This document shows, piece by piece, positions 54,701 to 61,506 of a DNA stretch of 64,000 nucleotides. The stretch comes from Rebecca billardiae RCC1528 (Eukaryota; Protista; Haptophyta). The notes beneath the pieces are model-generated. The model ran no database searches. It had not been told where the DNA came from and worked only from the letters and a program-made list of their open reading frames with translations. The stretch lies in contig OZ251243.1 in the NCBI GenBank assembly GCA_965240325.2, forward strand, positions 620,001 to 684,000. Direction: 5' to 3'. A program made the translations under genes and the position numbers. Numbering within the stretch: position 1 is the first letter of the stretch; every line of letters starts with the position of its first letter.

Positions 54701-57544
54701 CGCGAGGTCGGCGGTCTGCGAGGCCTGGTCCATAGTCACGATGACGAGAGCGCCGTCGGACGCGGGCGGCTGCGCCGGCGGCGGCGGCAGCGAGGACTGG
54801 AGCGGGGCGGGCGGCACGTGGAGGCCGGACGCGGCGATGGTGGGCGACGGCGAGTCGTCGTCCGGGATGAAGACGGCGCATGCGAGATCGCGGCCGTGCA
54901 GAGGAACGAGCTTGTCGCCGTACAGCAGGTACCGGCCGCTCTGCGCGTGGATCGGGGTGGCGCCGGACATGAAGGTGGTCGGCACCGCGAGCGAGATGAA
55001 CGAGATGCCGAGGCGGGTCAGCCAAGTGTCGCTCATGTAGAAGCCCGGGACGTCTGGAGAGAGCGGGACGTCCGTGAGCGGCAGCGTGATGAGGTCGCCG
55101 TCGATCGAGCGCATGCCGAGGGCGAACGAGGCCGAGGTGTTGATCTTGATCCGCGTGCCGTTCGCCGCGCGCGCCTCCGAGAACTGGCGGAAGGACTTGG
55201 CGGCAAACCGAGAGAACGCGGTCGAGGCGATGGTGGTGTCCGCGCCGGTGTCGATCATGATCGAGATGCTCGCCTGGGCGATGTCGCCTGTGAACGGCGT
55301 GCCGATGGCGAAGGAGATCGTCGAGTGCACGTTCTCAATCTCCTCCGGATCGGCGAGCAACTGCTGCTGGATGCAGGTCGGGTTGATCGGGTCAAACGAG
55401 CGGGAGACGCCGCAGATGACGGGCGGGCCGGTGCGGGCGCAGCAGGTGACCGCGGCGAGGATCGAGATGATGGCGAGGACGGCGAGCGCGACGAGGAAGA
55501 GGAAGGCACCGTGCGAGGACTTGAAGAGCGCGCGGAGCCGACCCTCCGGCTTGAACCGCGGCGGCGGCGGCTCGTACTGGACGATCAGGTCATCGACGTA
55601 GGCGCCGGCGCCAAAGAGAGGCAGTGCGCGATGGATCTCGGCCTCGGCCGCGGCGGCTGCGGCGAGGGACTCGTACGGGCTGAGCGCGAGCGGCCCTCCA
55701 GCGAGCTGGCCGAGGTGGCCGATCGGGTAGGTGTAGTTGCCCGCGGTGGAGACGTCGTCCAGGCTGGGGCAGTCGTCGGACGTGTCCGAGGCCGCGGTCG
55801 TGGTCGAGGGAGTGCACGGGACAACGTCCGGCAGCTCATCGTCCGTCTCCGAGGCCGAGTCGGAGGCGGAGTCGTCGCGGTCGTCCGGGGGCTTGGCGAG
55901 ACGGAACGGCTTGAGGTGGAACGGCGCGTCGTAGGAGGCGGGCTCGCGGATGGACTGGCGAGGCTTGCGGATGGACTGGCGCAACGCCATGATGATCACA
56001 TTCTGGCCGCGCTCGAGCTCGGCCGCCGTCGCGAGCTGGATCGGGGAACCGGCTTCAGACGCCGGCGGCGACGGCGAGTCGGCCTGCGTCGGCGGCGACG
56101 GCGGGCCGAAGGGCGGCGGCGGCGAGTTGGCCTGCGTCGACGGGCCGAACAGCGGCGGCGGCAGCGAGTAGAGCACCGGCTGCGGGTTGATGAGCGGCAG
56201 CGCCGGCTGCTGCGAGTCGGCGGGCGGCAGCAGCGGCGGCGAGTTGGTGAGCGCCGGCTGCGCCTTGGAGTGCGCCCGCGACAGCGGCGAGTCGGCGGGC
56301 GGCGGCGAGTTGGTGGGCGCCGGCGGCGGCGGCGGCGCGCCGGCGAGCTGCCGCGACGACGGCGTGTGGACGAGCGTCGGCAGCGAGTTGGAGCGCGCCT
56401 GCGACAGCGGCGAGTCGGCGGGCGGCGACGAGTCGGCGGGCGCCGGCGACGGCGCGTTGGCGTCGGGCGCCGCCGGCTGCGAGTTGGAGCCGGACGCCGA
56501 GCCCGAGACGGAGATGGCGTTGAGCGTCGGCGTGCCGTCCTGGATGAGCCGCACGCGTGTCGTGGTCGCCGACGGCTTCGCCCGCTGCGGCGTCGGCTGC
56601 GGCTGCGACTGCGAGGGCGCGGAGGGCACGCGCTGGAGCTTGTTGGACTTGCCAGGCGGGCGGCGCGCGCTGCCGGGGCGAGTGTCGGCTGTGGGCGTCG
56701 CGCCCGAGGAGCGCGGGGTGGGCGTCGAGAGGCGGTTCGGGCAGTCGCGGTTCCAGTGCGTGCCGCCGCAGTACTTGCACGGGGTACGAGGCATGGATGC
56801 GCCGGGCTGGCCCTTGGAGGTGAGCGCGTTGACGGCCTGGCGGTTGGGGTTCGTGCCGTTGGCGGCGGCGGCGACGCGATCGAGGTCGTGCACGCGCTCG
56901 ATGAGATCCTCCACCGAGATGGGCTGGTCGTTCATCGTGGCGATCACCGAGCTGACAAAGGACGGGTTGCGGCCGTAAAGGTTCACGAGGATCACGACGA
57001 GCGTGAAGATGTCGTCCTTGATCTCGACGCCGCGCAGCTCCGTGGCGTTGGACATCACGCGAGCGGCAAAATGGCTGAAGCTCTCCTGCGGCGACAGCTT
57101 GATCGAGAGCAGGGCGTACAGCTTGGCGACGAGCGAGGAGGGGCGGGAGCTGTTGCAGCGCACGTTGAGCGCGTTGACGAGATGAGACAGCTCGAGCCCG
57201 AGACCCGAGTGCTGCAGCTGCGCGATGATCGGGTCGAGAATGCGAGGAGCGACCGCCTTGAGAAGCAACTGCACGAGGAAAGCCTGCGTGCGCAGCTGCT
57301 TGGCCTGGATGGTGGCGGCGGCGGTGGACGGGGGGCAGACGATGGGCTTGTCCGCGCCGGTATCGTCCTTGCCCGGCTCGAGGGGCGAGGACGGGTTGGA
57401 GAACGCGAGCGCGATATCCATGTCAGGCTTCGACGTGACCATGATGACAAGGACGGAGAGGGCCGTGCGGAGGTCCTGCGGCTTGAGGACGAGAGCGCGC
57501 GGCGGGAGCTGGTCACGCATGTCGCCACCCGGCGGCTCCGCCAT
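51776..57544 (-). CDS. Copia Gag-Pol polyprotein, 1922 aa, uninterrupted
   Basis: Zn knuckle CKYCGGTHWNRDC; protease IDTGAD; integrase HLRLGH..CSC, VHVDVAG, RVDGAPE, PQHNPIAER; RT FKARVVGKGFTQ, LKSLYGLKQSGRNW, IYVDDML; RNase H YVDADYA, SSTEAEY, FEDN, NPADIMTK. Confidence 0.95.
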   Translation of the reverse strand: MAEPPGGDMRDQLPPRALVLKPQDLRTALSVLVIMVTSKPDMDIALAFSNPSSPLEPGKDDTGADKPIVCPPSTAAATIQAKQLRTQAFLVQLLLKAVAPRILDPIIAQLQHSGLGLELSHLVNALNVRCNSSRPSSLVAKLYALLSIKLSPQESFSHFAARVMSNATELRGVEIKDDIFTLVVILVNLYGRNPSFVSSVIATMNDQPISVEDLIERVHDLDRVAAAANGTNPNRQAVNALTSKGQPGASMPRTPCKYCGGTHWNRDCPNRLSTPTPRSSGATPTADTRPGSARRPPGKSNKLQRVPSAPSQSQPQPTPQRAKPSATTTRVRLIQDGTPTLNAISVSGSASGSNSQPAAPDANAPSPAPADSSPPADSPLSQARSNSLPTLVHTPSSRQLAGAPPPPPAPTNSPPPADSPLSRAHSKAQPALTNSPPLLPPADSQQPALPLINPQPVLYSLPPPLFGPSTQANSPPPPFGPPSPPTQADSPSPPASEAGSPIQLATAAELERGQNVIIMALRQSIRKPRQSIREPASYDAPFHLKPFRLAKPPDDRDDSASDSASETDDELPDVVPCTPSTTTAASDTSDDCPSLDDVSTAGNYTYPIGHLGQLAGGPLALSPYESLAAAAAAEAEIHRALPLFGAGAYVDDLIVQYEPPPPRFKPEGRLRALFKSSHGAFLFLVALAVLAIISILAAVTCCARTGPPVICGVSRSFDPINPTCIQQQLLADPEEIENVHSTISFAIGTPFTGDIAQASISIMIDTGADTTIASTAFSRFAAKSFRQFSEARAANGTRIKINTSASFALGMRSIDGDLITLPLTDVPLSPDVPGFYMSDTWLTRLGISFISLAVPTTFMSGATPIHAQSGRYLLYGDKLVPLHGRDLACAVFIPDDDSPSPTIAASGLHVPPAPLQSSLPPPPAQPPASDGALVIVTMDQASQTADLAPDDDTFCDECCVEFKDADELSRVAHLRLGHAHAAAVNRTLAASKHLGARNLKSDCSCALAKMKRNSFTSTSPRSEQAFVLVHVDVAGYVDGKFIVNPDDFAKFYVIVFVDDYTRAGFIYFLDRRSDAPEAMRRFIDDMSVYGHTVSRFRVDGAPELNSTDWEGICRAHGIAPNQVTPPDTPQHNPIAERFIQTLFNAARSILFHSKLRIDAYAKDALRHAAYIIRRIATPVAFNKTPFELLRGFPPDLAQLRVFGCVAYVVPPNTHFKKLDPRAVMGVYVGHGDDGHMVNVPPKNRTRYTKAIIVRVPGDGQIVPDMFIISHHVRFDEDTLYVDHPDAAHIARDPLAAAPQLPPTPPPLDLHAADVGNGGSSHGAVRRRDGAGSFGHAERVGDAPHAYVGDADDDAAGAEDSLDVGNALNDDDPPSSRTRARAHANSVASPTYSTLPRIYALLLSIGLSDTPTAVQALNGPHATQFAAALDAEYASILANNTWVEVPRKPGMRTLKAAPVFNIKRDKKGNIKRFKARVVGKGFTQIEGIDYDETFSSVVRYETLKMIIAIAAAKQRRLFHGDFTTAYLNAPIDYEIYLELPLGYKPKAKGDVVLRLLKSLYGLKQSGRNWRLMIDDWMKEYGFAQSQADPCLYVLNTQSGIIAVCIYVDDMLILDDSDDPTACDNFISKITSSYKMTITADIDGYLSATLTRSKDGIMVTVTKNILELLEKTGFMNCNTSDTPMTEGLKLGPCSESDALDAETTTFFRSVVGSLIHITQFRPDIAYAVGTLTHFMSKPGKKHLEAAKRIIRYLAGTPNLGLFFRSGSDVALIAYVDADYANDLHDERKSVTGYVMHLFGSTVSGRREKQRTTALSSTEAEYMAVTSAGKEIIFMRKLLTDLGYPQLAPTKLFEDNKAVVDLTDNEKYHNRTKHIDVQYHWNRQHTRAGTFKLFLIPGTENPADIMTKPLGPAAFLKLRAQILGM
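57528..57543 (-). other. Primer binding site TGGCGGAGCCGCCGGG
   Basis: Starts with TGG directly after the LTR; complementary to a tRNA-like 3' end ...CCCGGCGGCUCC-G-CCA. tRNA identity not determined. Confidence 0.7.
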
Positions 57545-57871
57545 GTCAAAGGGTGAAGAGAGCGACAGCAGGGCCGTGAGGCCCGAGAGCGTGACGAGGG
57601 GGGCGAGGATGCCCCGAGGGACTGGAGTTCGACTGATAGTGCGGAGCGGTATGAACTGAACGAGCCGGTCACTAGGGGGGCATCCGACAGTCCTAGGACC
57701 GTGTAGGAGGCACTGATAGCCATCAACGGGTAAGTCGTGAAATGAACCATGATGGGAGTAAGTGTGATGCCGACCTGATAATGAGAGTCGGCGTATGTGG
57801 TGTCCAGTGACGGTTGGTGATCCGGGTGTGTACGCACAGGAGAGCGAGTCCGGTAACGTTGGATCTTGACA
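57544..57871 (-). repeat. 5' LTR (328 bp)
   Basis: Homologous to 51177-51509. Confidence 0.9.
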
Positions 57872-57960
57872 CTGTCTGACCTGGTCGGAAGGCGCGGACG
57901 CATTCTATGTGTCTGTTGCACTCTTGAGCCTGACGCTTGTCCGATGCTGCCACGTCGTTA
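57872..57960 (-). mobile_element. Half of the small MITE-like element (same family as 16048-16145), truncated exactly at the Copia LTR
   Basis: Reverse complement TAACGACGTGGCAGCATCGGACAAGCGTCAGGCTCA...CAGGTCAGACAG aligns with 16048-16145. Confidence 0.8.
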
Positions 57961-57976
57961 TATATATAATATATAT

Positions 57977-58069
<93 letters not shown>
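57959..58069. repeat. (TA)n microsatellite, ~110 bp, interrupted
   Basis: Seen directly. Confidence 0.95.
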
Positions 58070-58070
<1 letters not shown>

Positions 58071-58156
58071 CGCTGCTATTCGTCGTCAATCGGATGACCG
58101 TATCCCGCGGAACACTCGTGCTGCGCTATATTATAACCGTCTGACAACGATGATGG

Positions 58157-59005
58157 CTAGCGGTGGAATGGGCTGCGCAGCGCGCCGAGGAGGCGCGGCT
58201 GCGCGTGCAGCGCGCCGCTCTCGCGCACCCACGCGAGCGGCGCCGGGAAGCCGTAGTCGAGCAGCAGCTGCACGACGGCCACGACCGCGTCCGGGTCTGC
58301 GGCCGAGACGCACGCCGCGTCCATCGGCGTGAACTCGCATAGCACGGCGCTCGGCTCGAACGAGTCGGGGGGCGACGCTGTGCCCGTCGTGCTGCCGCCG
58401 GCGGCGGCGGCATACTCCGGGTCTGAGCTGGCGTGAGGGCTGCCCCACCCTGGCAGGTCAAACTGCATTGCCATTGGCGCGTCGGCGCCCGCATCCGGGC
58501 TGGCCGCCGCATGCCCCGATGGCAGTGATGGTGACGCGCCGGCCGCCGGCCAGGCCTGGCCGAACGGATTGCTGCCCGGCGGCCGCGCTGGCGGCGCGGC
58601 CGCGCGGCGGTGCGCGCTGTGTCCCGCCGCCAGCCCGCGCCGCGAGAGCCTGCTCAGTTGCCCCGCGCCGTCGTCCGAGAGCGTGCACAGCGCAGCCTTC
58701 TCGCTCAGCGCCGACGAGGAGCGCTCAAGCAGGTCGGCCGACGCCTCGGCCGAGCGGACGAGCAGGCTGACGAGGGCGGCGTGCGCGTGGAATGCGGCGA
58801 GGTGCAGCACCGTCACACCCGTCGCCTCGAGCAGCGGCGGCGTGCACAGCCGCGCGGCGTGCGCCACGCCGCGCACCATCAGGCGCAGCGAGCGCCCGGT
58901 CAGAGCCTCTTGGCCGCACGGCTCTCGCGCGCGCACGCGCGCGCCCAGGCCGCCGTGAGCGCCGAGCCGGCTGCCGCTGCCAACGAGCAGACCGCCGCTG
59001 CCACT

Positions 59006-59048
<43 letters not shown>

Positions 59049-61204
59049 GCGTCCGCGTCCGCGTCCGCGTGCGCGGCCGGCTCCTCGACGCTCACCACCA
59101 CCGAGCCGACGCTGCCGCTGACCGGGTCGCGCGCGTACGGCGCGGCGGACGCGTCGCGGAGCCAGCCCAGCGTGAGCGAGAGCCCCTCGAAGGCGGCCTC
59201 GTGCGCTCGCTCGAGGACAGCGCCGCGCAGCAGTCGGCACGTGGCGGAGAGGCGCACGGCGTCCGCCATCGTGAGCTGCAGGTCCAGGAGAAGGGGCAGC
59301 GCGCTGATCAGTGCGCTGAGGGAGGGCGGTGCCGAGGGCGCTGCACCCGGCGCACCCGCGCTGCCGCAGCGGCGCGCCAGCCCTCCTCCCACCGCGAGCT
59401 CCACCGCGACGACGGGCGCGCCAGCCAGCGGTGTGACGGCGAGGGCGACGCTCACGCGCACGGCTGGCGCCGCCTCGGCCGCGCCAGCCGCGGCCGTGCG
59501 CGCGGCGGGCGCGACGCGCTGCGCGCTGCGAAGCCAGCAGCAGCGCGCCACGAGCGCGAGCAGGAGCTGCGTGTCGAGCTCGCGGCTGGCGGCGTCGATG
59601 AGCGCGGGGCTGGTCGAGATCGCGCCGAGCACGCACAACAGCGCGTGCGCGCGCGCACCCAGCAGCAGCGTGGACATCACCGGCGCGTGTGCGACGAGCA
59701 GCGAGCGCAGCAGCGAGTCCCGCCGCGGCTGGTCGAGCAGCGCGTCGTGCACCGCGCGGCAGCGGCTGAGGAGGAGGAGGGCGACCTCGACGACGCGGGA
59801 GCTCGCGCCGCGGTCGATGCGCTCGAAGAGGAGCAGCGTCGCGGGTGGGAGTGCCGGCGGCTCCGCTCGCGACGGCGCCTCCGCGCCGCCCGCCGCCGGC
59901 TCGTCGCGGCCGACGAGGCGGCGCGGCGAAGACGCGGCCGAGCCCCCGAGAGGCGCGCTCAGCGGCGGGCCGACCGCCGCAGCCGACCACCATGCGGCGG
60001 CGGCGGGCGTGACTGCGCCCGCATCGGCGTCGTCGGCACTCGCAAGCCCGCCGCCGCCGGCCGCCGCAGACTCCGGCTCGAGCGTCAGCACCGCGCGCGG
60101 CGACGCGCCGAGCGGCGGCGTCGACGGGTGCGGCTGGTGCGGCGCGGCGCGCGACAGCGCCGACGCGGGCGTGGGCGCTGAGCCAAAGAGCGCGTGGAGC
60201 GCGTCATCGTTGGCGCGGCGGCAGAAGTGGAGCAGCCCCTCGCAGCTCTCGTCCGACGCGAAACGGCGCTCGAGCGCGCCGCGCAGCGCCGCGTGCCGCA
60301 GCGCGCGGCCGAACGCCGCGCTGAGCACCAGCCGCACGCACGGGCCGAAGAAGGGGGCACCGAACAGCGGGGCGTGCGGTGTCAACCCCTCCGCCAGCCA
60401 CCACGCCACCTGCTCGCCGAGCTGAGGCGCCTCGAGGAGCGCGCAGAGCTGGGCGCACGCGTCGTTGGAGAGCAGCTCGTCGACGAATGCATGCACCGCG
60501 CAGTCCACCACGTGCCCGCCTGGCATCTGGCTCGAGAGCGCCGCGATCAGCAGCGCGCCGTCATGCGCGCTCGGCGCTGCGCGGCGCGGCGCGCCCAAGG
60601 CCGAGCGCGCGGCCGAGGCCGCCCCGCCCTCGCGCACGATGGCGTCGAGGCACCAGCGCACGAGGCAGCTCCGCTGCGCGCCCGCGGCGCCACCCGCGCC
60701 ACCGGCCTCGCCGTGGAGCAGGTCGAACGCCGCGGGCGGCGCGCCGCACGGCACGAGCGTGCACGCCGCCTCGCGCGCGTGCACGAGCGAGCCACTGAGG
60801 CTCTCGTCATCGTCGATGGCGCTGCCGGGCGCGGCGACGGGCGGCAGCAGGCGCGAGCGGCTCGAGGGCTCGTCGAGCAGCTCGGGCGAGGTGAGGAAGT
60901 CGACGCAGCCGTGCGCCCCCGAGAAGAAGGCGAGCGAGAGCACCGTGTTGCCCGCCTCATCGCGAAGCCGCAGGTCAGCGTTCGCGAGCGCGAGCTCGCG
61001 CAGCACGTCCGCGGCGTCGGCGCGCGCGGCGAGCATCGACGGCGTCGTGCCGTGCGCATCGTGCACGTCAAGTAGCTTGAGCAGGCGCAGGCGCGGGAGT
61101 TGATCGTCTGCGATCAGCGCGATCAGCTCGTTCAGTAGTGCTGCGCGCTCTGCGCCGGACGTAATGCACGCGTCGCGCGTGAGGCGCCACAGGCGCAAGG
61201 ACAT
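58157..61204 (-). CDS. Ankyrin-repeat protein (~1015 aa) with possible internal F-box-like motif; start uncertain
   Basis: Ankyrin motifs HGTTPSMLAARADAADVLRELALANADLRLRDEAGNTVLSLAFFSGAHGCVDFL, TGVTVLHLAAFHAHAALVSLLV and FTPMDAAC...VVQLLLDYG. Confidence 0.75.
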
Positions 61205-61390
61205 GGCGCGCTGCTCGGCGGAGAGCGAAGGCGAAGCAGCGCTCGAGGAGCTCGGTGTGCCCCCAAACGGGCTGCGCGACGCGGCCGCAGCGCCGTGCAC
61301 ACGGGGGCCCCGGTAAGCCGGAGCGCCGGCTTGGGTGACGACGCGGTTGCAGAGTTGTTCTGTTACATTCTACAATCAGGGAGCTTGTGA

Positions 61391-61423
61391 ACAGTCAGAC
61401 GCTCTGTCAGAGCGTCTGACTGT
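61391..61423. promoter_or_regulatory. Perfect 33-bp palindrome in a divergent promoter region
   Basis: ACAGTCAGACGCTCTG-T-CAGAGCGTCTGACTGT. The palindrome is seen directly; a regulatory role is only inferred. Confidence 0.5.
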
Positions 61424-61506
61424 AAGTTGAAAGTTGAAAGTTCCCCGGTTGGCGTACTGGTACCACAAGCTGAAGTTGCCTGTGCAGCGCAGGATTCGGT
61501 CTGCTG

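Larger units (their letters stand above)
51177..57871 (-). mobile_element. Ty1/Copia LTR retrotransposon, 6.7 kb
   Basis: Two TGTCAA...TTGACA LTRs, PBS, PPT and a single gag-pol ORF in Gag-PR-INT-RT-RH order. Confidence 0.95.
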
